DNA of 64,000 bases from contig CAYNGB010000004.1 of assembly GCA_964396795.1 (NCBI GenBank), forward strand, positions 24,959 through 88,958. The letters run 5' to 3'. Positions 55,104-64,000 of this stretch are shown piece by piece. The position numbers were made by a program, and so were the translations under genes. Origin of the DNA: an uncultured Terracidiphilus sp. (GTDB lineage Bacteria; Acidobacteriota; Terriglobia; Terriglobales; Acidobacteriaceae). Position 1 is the stretch's first letter. The number at the start of each line of letters is the position of its first letter. The notes beneath the pieces are model-generated. The model was not told the DNA's origin. It ran no database searches and was given only the letters and a program-made list of their open reading frames with translations.

Positions 55104-58100
55104 CTAGGTAACTCGCGCCGCCGGAACCAGCGTAACAGGGCCCATCAGCCCGGATCGAAGCAGCGGCGCATCTTTGCTCCAGACCTTGATGATACTGAAC
55201 GTAAATCGCCCGGTCGGGCTCGGCTTGCCGTCAAGCAACCACTGAGGAAATGCCTTGAGCGTCTGGAGTAAAGGTCGCCGCGGCTGATCTTGCGCTGTGC
55301 CTTGCGCCGGCGGCGGTCCCGTTCTCAAGGGAGCATCCCACTCGCAGTCGTCGGGAAGATTTTCGTCTCCGATGATCCGGTTCGGCCACAGGTTCACCAC
55401 CATCACTTCCAGCGAATTGGCGCCCGCGCGAGCCACGCCGCTGACATCGATTTGGAACGGAGCTCTCCACAGAATGCCAAGATCCTTTCCGTTCAGCTTC
55501 ACCTTGGCAATGACTCCCACCTCTCCAAGATCAAGGAAGAGGGCTCGATCTCTGCCCACGAGCGACGCCGGGATCTCGATCTCTTTTATGTATGTCGCTT
55601 TTCCTGAGAAATACCGAATGCCAGGGTCGGAATGCTCGCTCCAAGAAATCAATTCCGGCAGTTTCACTCTCGCCGGCGCACCCCAATCAGGAGTAAACTC
55701 CACGCTCCACGAGCCGCTAATCTTGAGCGGATCGGGCAAGTGGGCAACATTCACGGCGCGCTCTGTGCCATTGGCTAGCCGCAAGCTGTACTGCCCCGGC
55801 TGCCAGACCAGGCTCTCGAACGAACTGCCCTGCCCCCGGCTGACCTGGATAGTGTTTGCGGAGCCGGACGCGAGCGCGTTGCCGTTGCGCGTGATTGCGG
55901 TAACACGGTCCACTTCCGGCTTGCCATGAGCGGGGAAAATGACGAACACAGAGCCGAACTGGTTGAGCGCGACCGGGACACGGGTGACTGCATCGCCGTC
56001 CTCATAGACAGCAGGTCTCTCGATGCGACCGCTCTCAGGCCACCAGAGTTCCGGACGCCGTCCGCTGACCCTGAACGAGCACAGCGCCTCCATGGCCTGG
56101 TTGTTCTTGTTTGCAACAAAGTAGATGTCGGTTCCATCTTCGGCCCTTCGGTGGATATATCGATAGGGCGCAGTGCCTCCGCTTGTGAAATCCACGGGGA
56201 CGTTGCTTGCAGCTAGAACTTCCTGTGGCGTCCGGCCCCAGACGACACGTCCCTGCCCAACTTTACGGTCGCCCGCCGGTGCCGCTGCACTGCCCCAAAG
56301 CCTGTCGGCAATCGCAGACAGCTCCTTATCGCATGCGGGGTAGTTGGTCAGGCTCGGCGATTTCACCGGCCGCGGCCCAACCACTGTCATTCCTTCGTTC
56401 ACCAACTGCTCGATCCGTTTCAGGAGCTCCGGTGTCATCAACCCTGCCTGCACCTGTTCGCCTTCCTTCGGCAACACCAGCAGGCGGTAGCTCATGCCGT
56501 CGGGAAGTACGATCCGGCCGTCTTTGATCGAGATGCGCTTGTACACCGTGTCAGCGGTGCAGCCGTCAAAGTTGTATCCCGGAGGATCGGGCGGGACTGG
56601 GTTCTTCATATCCACGCCGGGCGGCATGAAACGATTCGGTGCCGCTTCAGTCTGCAGATAGAGAAGATCGGCGACAAAAAGTCCCTGACGCAAAAGGTAT
56701 TGGCAGCGCATGATGTATTCGTGCCACGCCTTGGACTCTTCCCACCACGTCTGCGTCCGCTCGTAGTGCTGGCCCCAGAAGGCCATCGTCATGCCAGGCT
56801 TGCGGTTTAGAAACGGCTGCATGGCGTAGCGGTGAAAGATGAAGCGGTTGATTCCGCTGCAGAACGCCCAATCGCCGAGCGGCTTCAGAGTGGCTGGGTG
56901 GCCAAGCCAATTCTCCCCCGGCATCGCCGTAAATGCTTCGCTCGCCAATATTCTCTTACCATTGATATGCGCGGCTGAGGCCATCACCGCAGCCCATGCG
57001 TACGAGCGATTCACCCTCCCGAAGTCACCCGCCTCATTGAGGGGCTGGTTCTCGCGCCGATACCAGAACTCCGTTTGTGGCTCGTCGAGATACCCGGCAG
57101 ACGTCATCTCGTCCATCGGGTCACCATCATAGGTCTCCGCGGAAAAGCGCAGGCCGGCTGCATTTGCCAATTCGCGAAGGCGCCCAAAATAGTTCTCCGC
57201 GATCAGGTCGGAAACAGTCTTGCGCAAGTCCCACAGGAAGCGTTCCGAGACTTCCGCATCGCCGACCACTCTCCCGGTCATCACTGGCAGAAAGGGCAGA
57301 ACGTCGTAACCGCGTCTTTTCTTGAACTCCTCTCGAAACAGGGGTGACCAGTTCTGCGAGCCCACTTCCCAACTGTCGACGTGCGTGGAGACCAACGTCT
57401 TGCCGCCAAGCGGGCCAACCAGCTTCAGCAGCTCCCCGATGAAGTGCTGGAAATGCTGATCGACCGCTGCCTTGCTCAGTTTGTCGCACTCCAGACCCTG
57501 TCCCGCCGGCGGACAAGGGTGGTTGGACGCGCCTGTTGAGCCGTGGCCGAACCGAATCACCGTCCAGCTTCCGGCCGGCGCTTCCCAGTTCAAGTGACCG
57601 TTCCGGTAATGCTCCGTGATATCGAGAATCCGAGCCTGATCGACAGTGGAATTCACGGGAGCGGGATTAAAGCGGATTGGCAGCAGCGGAATTCCCATTC
57701 CCATCCCGGGCGGCGTCGACAAGGCCTCGAAATCGGCTTTGAATTTAATATTTTTGAGCCGATAGGACGGGTCCTCTGGTGTCGGAAACGCAAGCACCGC
57801 GATATCGCGATAATAGTCAGCACCCAATGCGGGCTCTTCCGGCGGCTCACCCGTGCCGCGGCGGCGACTCTCCTGCGGTTTGGGCTGGGGCAACTCACCG
57901 TCGAACTTGCTTCCGCCCGCAACCGCAACCTCTGACCACAACACTCGTTGCATCGACAATTCGGGCGTATTCCAGGGCCCTCCGCTACCAGCCCAACCCG
58001 CATCGTTATTCATATTGATTTCGAGTCCGAGACGGTTCGCCTCCTGGCAGGCGAATCGAAACATCTCTTTCCACGGCTCAGTGCCGAACGCCACTTTGCC

Positions 58101-58385
58101 CTGCGGCGAACCGTCTACTTCCATGATCAAGACTCCGCCGATCCCCACCCGTTCCATCGCTTCCAGATCCGCGGTAATGCCTTCCCTGGTGAGATTGCCG
58201 TTGATCCAAAACCAGTAAACCCACGGGCGGGTAGACGCTGGCGGATGCACAAAGCCATCCGCCAACTCCTCCGTTGTGGCGGCACCAGCTTGTTGTGAAG
58301 AACCAAGCCCGATCCAGATGCCCGCGGACACTGCAGCCGCACCCTCCAAAAAAGTTCGACGGTCAATTGTCAAAGCCCTCGCCAT
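55104..58385 (-). CDS. GH106 glycoside hydrolase (alpha-L-rhamnosidase family), Tat-exported
   Basis: IDRRTFLEG Tat signal; RPWVYWFWINGN, GWAGSGGPW, GLECDKL, HVDSWEVG, ASAAHING..ASEAFT, GINRFIFH, SGLMGPV. Confidence 0.9.
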   Translation of the reverse strand: MARALTIDRRTFLEGAAAVSAGIWIGLGSSQQAGAATTEELADGFVHPPASTRPWVYWFWINGNLTREGITADLEAMERVGIGGVLIMEVDGSPQGKVAFGTEPWKEMFRFACQEANRLGLEINMNNDAGWAGSGGPWNTPELSMQRVLWSEVAVAGGSKFDGELPQPKPQESRRRGTGEPPEEPALGADYYRDIAVLAFPTPEDPSYRLKNIKFKADFEALSTPPGMGMGIPLLPIRFNPAPVNSTVDQARILDITEHYRNGHLNWEAPAGSWTVIRFGHGSTGASNHPCPPAGQGLECDKLSKAAVDQHFQHFIGELLKLVGPLGGKTLVSTHVDSWEVGSQNWSPLFREEFKKRRGYDVLPFLPVMTGRVVGDAEVSERFLWDLRKTVSDLIAENYFGRLRELANAAGLRFSAETYDGDPMDEMTSAGYLDEPQTEFWYRRENQPLNEAGDFGRVNRSYAWAAVMASAAHINGKRILASEAFTAMPGENWLGHPATLKPLGDWAFCSGINRFIFHRYAMQPFLNRKPGMTMAFWGQHYERTQTWWEESKAWHEYIMRCQYLLRQGLFVADLLYLQTEAAPNRFMPPGVDMKNPVPPDPPGYNFDGCTADTVYKRISIKDGRIVLPDGMSYRLLVLPKEGEQVQAGLMTPELLKRIEQLVNEGMTVVGPRPVKSPSLTNYPACDKELSAIADRLWGSAAAPAGDRKVGQGRVVWGRTPQEVLAASNVPVDFTSGGTAPYRYIHRRAEDGTDIYFVANKNNQAMEALCSFRVSGRRPELWWPESGRIERPAVYEDGDAVTRVPVALNQFGSVFVIFPAHGKPEVDRVTAITRNGNALASGSANTIQVSRGQGSSFESLVWQPGQYSLRLANGTERAVNVAHLPDPLKISGSWSVEFTPDWGAPARVKLPELISWSEHSDPGIRYFSGKATYIKEIEIPASLVGRDRALFLDLGEVGVIAKVKLNGKDLGILWRAPFQIDVSGVARAGANSLEVMVVNLWPNRIIGDENLPDDCEWDAPLRTGPPPAQGTAQDQPRRPLLQTLKAFPQWLLDGKPSPTGRFTFSIIKVWSKDAPLLRSGLMGPVTLVPAARVT

Positions 58386-58444
58386 CGGATGACTTTCCTT
58401 TCCTTGCGAAGTTCGCCACCGATCTGTTTCGAATGTCCAGTGGT

Positions 58445-61400
58445 CTACTTGTTCGTTGTCTTGATCACGACCACGGGACCGAGCAAACCGGAGGTCAACA
58501 ATGGCGAATCCGCTTTATAGGGATGAATAACCGTGAATGTGATCTTCTCCGCGTTGGGTTGCTGGTCGCCTATAAGGCGATTGACCCAGGCGTTAGCCAC
58601 TTTGATTGAAATCTCGTTTGCGCCCGGCTTCAAAACACTCGTGACGTCCACACGGTAGGGCGCGTGCCAGACAATGCCCACCGGCTTTCCGTTGACTGCA
58701 ACTTCGGCCAGGTTTTTCACGTCGCCCAGATCGATCCAGAGCTTTGCACCTTGAGTGAACCAGCTCGCCTGGGCATCGATTGTCTTTGTGTAAGTGCCGA
58801 TGCCGCTGAAATATCGAATCCCCAGATCGGAGTTCTCGCTCCACGACGTGAGATTGTCGAGGGTCGCGGTAGCAGGTGCGCCTCGGCCAGCCTGGAAGCT
58901 AACGGGCCAAGGTCCCTCGACCGTGGTCAGGGTGGTGTCTGTAGCCGCAGGAACGATGGCCGACATCGTTTTGGTGGGCTTACGGAATACGACGAAGACC
59001 GCGCCCCAGGGTTCGAGCTTCAAAGGCACAGTGGTGTTGCCATCGGCCATCGTGTAGCTGACTGGCTCGCTCAAACCGGTTTCAGCATGCCACAATTCGG
59101 GCTGCTTGCCGGTCAAGCGAAACGTCGCGTTGAGGCTTTCGCTGCGGTCGCTTCGGTTGTCGACGAAATATATATCGGCATTGGGCATCTCGCGATGAAC
59201 GAAGATCAGGTCGGTGTCGGCCTCGGGTTTGGTGTAGTCGAAATCCGGCGATAGCTTGATCTTGGTCATCGCCTCCGCAACAGTCTGCCCTGCGAAGACT
59301 TTGCCCTTGCCTACTGTGTGATCGCCGGAACCGTCGCCGAAGAGTTGTGTTGACAGCTTCTGGAATTCGGCCGCATCATCCGCGAGGCTTGGATCGTTCG
59401 ACGGCTTTGGACCGGCAACTGTCGCGCCATCCTCGACCAGCTTATGCAGGGCGCGCAGCACGGGCAGTGACATGTGCACGCTGGCCGGATCAAGACCCAG
59501 CACGCGATAGCTCATTCCGCTCTCCGTTACAACCTTGCCGTTCTTCACCGACAGCGCGTGAATCAGACCGTCGGCATTGATGTAGTCAAAGCCATAGCCA
59601 GCCGGTACATCGGGGCTCTTATCTGCAAAGATCGACGTGATGTTATCGTCTTCACCATAGAAGTAGATAAAATCTGCACCAAAATGACCCTGTTGCAGCA
59701 TGTATGAACTGCGTGCCAGGTAATTGACCCAAGCGCCTGCCTGCTCCGCCCAAGTCTCGTTGCGTGTGAACCACTGACCAAAAGGTCCAAGGCCCAGCGC
59801 CGGCGCTTTGCCCACGAGCGGCTGGTGGACCGAGCAGTGAATGACGAAGCGATTGATGCCTTGGGCCAGTTCCATGTCGGCAGTGGGCTTGAGCGTCGCC
59901 GGAGACCATGCCCACGGTGCCCTTGAGGCTGTCATGGATTCTGCGGCAGCGATGTTCTGGCCATAGATATGCGCCACGGAGGCCGATTCGCGATCATCGG
60001 CGTTGTAGTCGTACATCTCATTATTTACTCCGGGAATCTGCGTCCACATCGCTCCCATGGGAACATCGTCAAGCTTCTTTACCTCCATGCCATCGGCGAC
60101 GAACGCGCGATGATCTTCATGGGACTCGCCATAGTGGCCCATGCCCCGTTCTTTCAGCGATGCCTCAAGCTGGCCATAATGCTCATCAGCAATTAAGTCG
60201 GCGATCGTCTTGCGGAAGTCCCACAGAAATCGGTCGCTTGCCTCCGCGCTCTCTACCACTCGTCCGGCCAAAACCGGCATCCAGGGTCGCGGATCGTAGC
60301 CGCGTCGCACCGTGAACTGATGGACCATGTCGTCAGTCCAGTTCTGGTTGGCCGCTTCCCAGCTATCGGTAATTACGTATCGGATGCCACGGTGGCCCAT
60401 AAAGTCCGCCCCCACAGCGTCCTTGTACATGTCCAGGTAGTGATCCATGTAGTTCTTCACGTAGTTGTGGTTGAGCTTGTCTACTTCTAGTCCGGTTGCC
60501 TCTGCACTGGCCGGCGAGTTTTTCGCGCCCGTCAGCGAGTATCCGAACCGCAGCACCACCCACTCTCCCGCGGGCGGTGTCCAGTCCAGCGTCCCATCCA
60601 GTCGCATTTTGGAGGTGAGGTCCACAACGTCATTTTTAGAGATGGCGCTTCCTGACGCTCCCTCAGGAGTGGCAGAGGCCGACAGATCTGGTGCCGTGGC
60701 AAAGCCCGCTTTCTCTTCAAACCGGCTGACGCGCGCACCCGGATGCAGAGCCAGTTCCGCTATTTTGTAATCTGTGTCCGGCTTCGGCGGGTTTGCAGCT
60801 CCCGGAAAATCCCCGCCAGGCATCGCGGACGTTGCAGGTGGCTTTGCTGTGGTCCAGGAAACGCGGAAGAACTTCGCAGTGACCGGGGCAAATGCGATGG
60901 TGCGCTCGGGCACATCTCCGCCTGGGGCGAATCCATGCCTGAGTGAAGTCAGTTCCGCGACCAGATGAAACTGTGTTCCGTCATCACTGGACTCCAATAT
61001 CGGAGTTGGGATCGGTGCACCCCGATCGAAGAATCCTCGCGACCCGCCCATTGCAATCGTGATCGCCTGCACAGTTTGTGGCTGGCTGAACTCGTACTGA
61101 ATCCAGGATTGTTCGCCAACCGCCGCAATAGGAAGCAGCGTGTATTTGACCAGATCGCCATCCGTCAGCACCTTTGGGTCAACCTGCCCTCCGCTGCTCG
61201 TAATCTTGGGATTAAGAGACATCACCGGCACATCCCCCGCCGGTGCGCGATAAGCAATGACCTCGCTGTCAGTGTAGTAATCGGGCGCAGGTTTCGCGCC
61301 CGGATCCATGAAATTGGCGGCCGGCGGTGCACTTTGAAACGGACCCGTAGTCGTAGGCGGCTTCGCCAAAGTACCCTGGAACGGCGCTCCTCCATGCACC

Positions 61401-61858
61401 TCAGTCTCGCTCCAAACCAACTTTTTCATCGCCTGTGCAGGCGGAACCCACGGCCCACCTGTCTCGCTCCATCCGGGAGAGCCTGCAATCGCTTCCTCCA
61501 GCCCGAGTTGGTCCGCAAGTTTAGTTGCATAGAGGAATGTTTCCTTCCACTCCGGAGTCATGTAGACCAGACGATGGTCCACCACCTGGGGAGTCATGAG
61601 CGCCGCATCAAAGGTCTGGAATCCGCCCAGACCTACCCGGTGCATCCACTCAAGATCCAACTGGATCCCCTCCTTGGTGATGTTGCCGTTCATCCAATGC
61701 CACCACACCCGCGGACGTGCTCCGTTAGGAGCGTTTTCAAAGCCGCTCTTCAGTGAATCTCCGGTACTCTGTGCGTACGCCAGACCCGCACCAAGGGCGA
61801 GAACCAGCATGCCGCCCGCTGCCCGAACCATCCAACTTGCCGCCGCAGTCTTCTTCAT
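58445..61858 (-). CDS. GH106 glycoside hydrolase (alpha-L-rhamnosidase family), close paralog of 51432-54818
   Basis: RPRVWWHWMNGN, ITDSWEAA, SVAHIYGQNIAAAESMT, GINRFVIH; long stretches identical to the 51432 protein. Confidence 0.9.
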   Translation of the reverse strand: MKKTAAASWMVRAAGGMLVLALGAGLAYAQSTGDSLKSGFENAPNGARPRVWWHWMNGNITKEGIQLDLEWMHRVGLGGFQTFDAALMTPQVVDHRLVYMTPEWKETFLYATKLADQLGLEEAIAGSPGWSETGGPWVPPAQAMKKLVWSETEVHGGAPFQGTLAKPPTTTGPFQSAPPAANFMDPGAKPAPDYYTDSEVIAYRAPAGDVPVMSLNPKITSSGGQVDPKVLTDGDLVKYTLLPIAAVGEQSWIQYEFSQPQTVQAITIAMGGSRGFFDRGAPIPTPILESSDDGTQFHLVAELTSLRHGFAPGGDVPERTIAFAPVTAKFFRVSWTTAKPPATSAMPGGDFPGAANPPKPDTDYKIAELALHPGARVSRFEEKAGFATAPDLSASATPEGASGSAISKNDVVDLTSKMRLDGTLDWTPPAGEWVVLRFGYSLTGAKNSPASAEATGLEVDKLNHNYVKNYMDHYLDMYKDAVGADFMGHRGIRYVITDSWEAANQNWTDDMVHQFTVRRGYDPRPWMPVLAGRVVESAEASDRFLWDFRKTIADLIADEHYGQLEASLKERGMGHYGESHEDHRAFVADGMEVKKLDDVPMGAMWTQIPGVNNEMYDYNADDRESASVAHIYGQNIAAAESMTASRAPWAWSPATLKPTADMELAQGINRFVIHCSVHQPLVGKAPALGLGPFGQWFTRNETWAEQAGAWVNYLARSSYMLQQGHFGADFIYFYGEDDNITSIFADKSPDVPAGYGFDYINADGLIHALSVKNGKVVTESGMSYRVLGLDPASVHMSLPVLRALHKLVEDGATVAGPKPSNDPSLADDAAEFQKLSTQLFGDGSGDHTVGKGKVFAGQTVAEAMTKIKLSPDFDYTKPEADTDLIFVHREMPNADIYFVDNRSDRSESLNATFRLTGKQPELWHAETGLSEPVSYTMADGNTTVPLKLEPWGAVFVVFRKPTKTMSAIVPAATDTTLTTVEGPWPVSFQAGRGAPATATLDNLTSWSENSDLGIRYFSGIGTYTKTIDAQASWFTQGAKLWIDLGDVKNLAEVAVNGKPVGIVWHAPYRVDVTSVLKPGANEISIKVANAWVNRLIGDQQPNAEKITFTVIHPYKADSPLLTSGLLGPVVVIKTTNK

Positions 61859-61954
61859 TTGTGTCTCATCTCCAAAACGCTCGTGTGTGGTGTTACCAAA
61901 CCTTCGTTGTTTTCTGTTGAACCAGGATGCTCGCTCTTCCCATGAAACATCGGA

Positions 61955-62482
61955 TCAATCGCGTTCGAATCTTGACTGCTTATCGAACACCAGGCGCTGC
62001 TCAGTGTCGCCGAACGCATTGTGAGCTTCAACCAGCTCGATCAAGTGACTGCCGTCATTAGAAAGGAAATAGCGTCTCTGTGTGAATGACAGGCGGCCAG
62101 CGCCCGCGCTGCGTTCAGTCACCAGCAGATTGTTGCCCTGCCACTCGGCTGAAACTTTCAAGTGGGCCGGTGGCATGCCGGGAAAGGGAGGTGGCGTCTC
62201 CGCATCGTGTTCCTGGCCGTCCGGCGTCAACTCCGTTTCCACTTTCGTGTCTGGCAGGGGTATGTTCATCATCGCGACGTGTGTGGCGATGTCGGTCTGA
62301 TGAATGGTGCGGTCTCCCTGCACCAGCACTTTTGTGAATTCATAGTCCGGCGAAGGATGGTCTCCTGCCAGGAAGCTCGCGGCCATGTTCAGTTTCCAAG
62401 TCCCACTGAGGTTGGCCTGTTGTGCGGCGGCTGAGAGGGTCATCGCCGTGGCTAATGTTGTTGCTGTCAGGCATTTCAACAT
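61955..62482 (-). CDS. Secreted small beta-barrel (lipocalin-like) hypothetical protein
   Basis: Signal ending SAAAQQ; ANLSGTWKLN lipocalin-type GxW motif; AEWQGNNL, LSNDG, RLVFDK; lies within the GH39-GH106 run. Confidence 0.7.
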   Translation of the reverse strand: MLKCLTATTLATAMTLSAAAQQANLSGTWKLNMAASFLAGDHPSPDYEFTKVLVQGDRTIHQTDIATHVAMMNIPLPDTKVETELTPDGQEHDAETPPPFPGMPPAHLKVSAEWQGNNLLVTERSAGAGRLSFTQRRYFLSNDGSHLIELVEAHNAFGDTEQRLVFDKQSRFERD

Positions 62483-62527
62483 GGTCTGCTCTCTCCTTTG
62501 GCAAGAGTTGGTATGGTAGCCGGCATT

Positions 62528-64000
62528 CTAGCGTTCCAATTCAAGCAACGCGATGCCATTTGGAGGTAGTTCGATGCTGAGAACAGGGGGGGCGCCAGGA
62601 GGAAGCGTGTGAGCGGTTGGCTTGCCTAATTCTGCAGCATCCTTTAGTTGCTTGATTTGATCCTGGCTGGGATATTTGGGGCTGCCCATGGCTTTCCAGG
62701 CGGGCAGTGCCGATCCGGTTTCCGCGTTCACCTCACTTATGAGAACCTGATTGCGTCCGCGCAGACCGTTGAGTTTCAGATGGAGCGCACGCGAGGCGCC
62801 TGCTGCGTGGTCTGTGCCGGCGCCCGCGGCCATCGGGTTGCCGTTCGCAACCGCGCCAGCCTCCGCGGCTGGTATCAGGTTCCAGGCTAGAATTGCAGAC
62901 GAGCCGTCTGCGCGCTCAGTTGCCAGGACAGGGCCGTGACTCGAAAGCAACTGTCTTTCTCCGAGTTTATGCAGGAATGCAAATGCGTGCAAAGAAGGTC
63001 TCGCGATGCCCCACTGGTCCAGCATCCCGAAGGTCTCATTGAAGATGCCACTGGGAACTCCGCCCTCTTCAAACACGTTGCTGAACGTCCAATAGGACAT
63101 TGTCTCCGCGAGTCCTATGCAATTCTTAATGGTGTCGGCAATAAACGCTGGGTTCTGCGAACTCCACTCAGTGATCAGCAGGGGAAGGTGTGGCATGGCG
63201 GACGACTCTACCTGGTGCTTGACCTGGTCTACGCCCCGCGGAATAACTTGCTCGAAAGAGTAGGCGTTTTCGCGACCAAAGATATACTTCTGCGGATCGT
63301 TGGGATAGACATGAGTGCTGACGAAGTCGAGCGGAATCCCTTTGACATCGCAATACCGGATCAGATCGGGAATCCAATCCAATTGCGCCGTTGACGGTCC
63401 GCCAATCTGAAGGCGCTTGTCGACGGCTTTCACGGCGAGCGCCGATTGCCGGTACAGCTCGAAGTACTGCTCTTGCGTACCTGCCCAAAACGGTATATTC
63501 GGTTCGTTCCAGACTTCGAAATTCCAGTCACCTACTTCTCTGATGCCGTAACGCTTCACGCAATGATCCGTGAACGCGTAGATCATGTCGTACCAATCCT
63601 GCCAGCGCTTCGGCGGCGACGTATTGCCCTTATAGGCGAAGATCCGATTGTTGCTGCTGGCAAAAGCCTCCGGCATGAAACTCAGTTCGACGAATGGGCG
63701 CACACCCTGATCGAGCATGTAGTCGTAGATCTGATCCACATAGAGAAAATTGAATGAACCAGCCCCACCTGCGGCGATACCCATCTCGTCATCAAAAAGG
63801 CCATGGCAGCGCACTGACTTCATACCCATATCGCGTCGTGCGCGCACCAGGTCCTGGCGCCACTGATCGCGCAGGCCGACAACGGTGCGGTCAGAGCCCG
63901 CACAGTTCTCCCAGTAGTGCGGCAAATTTCCCACGTTCTTGCTGAGGTCGATGTTGACCGATGTCGCACTCGATTCAGTGCTGCCTTGCCCGAACGCCCC
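62528..64000 (-). CDS. GH39 glycoside hydrolase (beta-xylosidase family); 5' end outside the window
   Basis: VRCHGLFDD, RPFVELSFMP, FEVWNEPN (acid/base), DFVSTHVYP, LITEW (nucleophile), YWTFSNVFEE; the frame stays open to position 64000. Confidence 0.93.
   Translation of the reverse strand, partial: GAFGQGSTESSATSVNIDLSKNVGNLPHYWENCAGSDRTVVGLRDQWRQDLVRARRDMGMKSVRCHGLFDDEMGIAAGGAGSFNFLYVDQIYDYMLDQGVRPFVELSFMPEAFASSNNRIFAYKGNTSPPKRWQDWYDMIYAFTDHCVKRYGIREVGDWNFEVWNEPNIPFWAGTQEQYFELYRQSALAVKAVDKRLQIGGPSTAQLDWIPDLIRYCDVKGIPLDFVSTHVYPNDPQKYIFGRENAYSFEQVIPRGVDQVKHQVESSAMPHLPLLITEWSSQNPAFIADTIKNCIGLAETMSYWTFSNVFEEGGVPSGIFNETFGMLDQWGIARPSLHAFAFLHKLGERQLLSSHGPVLATERADGSSAILAWNLIPAAEAGAVANGNPMAAGAGTDHAAGASRALHLKLNGLRGRNQVLISEVNAETGSALPAWKAMGSPKYPSQDQIKQLKDAAELGKPTAHTLPPGAPPVLSIELPPNGIALLELER

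Overview
GC-rich bacterial DNA whose gene content strongly suggests Acidobacteriota (Acidobacteriaceae-like); this assignment is inferred, not searched. Almost the whole 64 kb is a carbohydrate-utilisation region. It holds three Oar-type TonB-dependent receptors (TBDRs), three TPR proteins, two CRTAC1/ASPIC-UnbV beta-propellers, a CBM9-like/DUF5916 protein and a GRP-type inner-membrane transporter. It also holds eleven glycoside hydrolases from mainly exo-acting families: GH31, GH116, 2x GH36, GH27, GH51, 4x GH106-like and GH39. I recognise no SusD-like lipoprotein. Instead, two TBDRs are each followed by a strong hairpin and a paralogous ~400-aa signal-peptide TPR gene, and one of these units continues into CRTAC1 and a second TPR gene. 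This is the best candidate for an uncharacterised glycan-uptake system. Near 6.3-8.0 kb lies a decayed island junction: a degenerate tRNA-Pro 3' fragment, candidate arm repeats, a tyrosine-integrase C-terminal remnant and a PadR-like gene. Other features are a possible IS110-type left-end remnant, four near-consensus sigma70 promoters with LacI-type palindromes nearby, and two membrane-anchored one-component regulator candidates. All three clan GH-D 'alpha-galactosidases' lack the canonical DDxW motif. No rRNA, intact tRNA or CRISPR array was seen.
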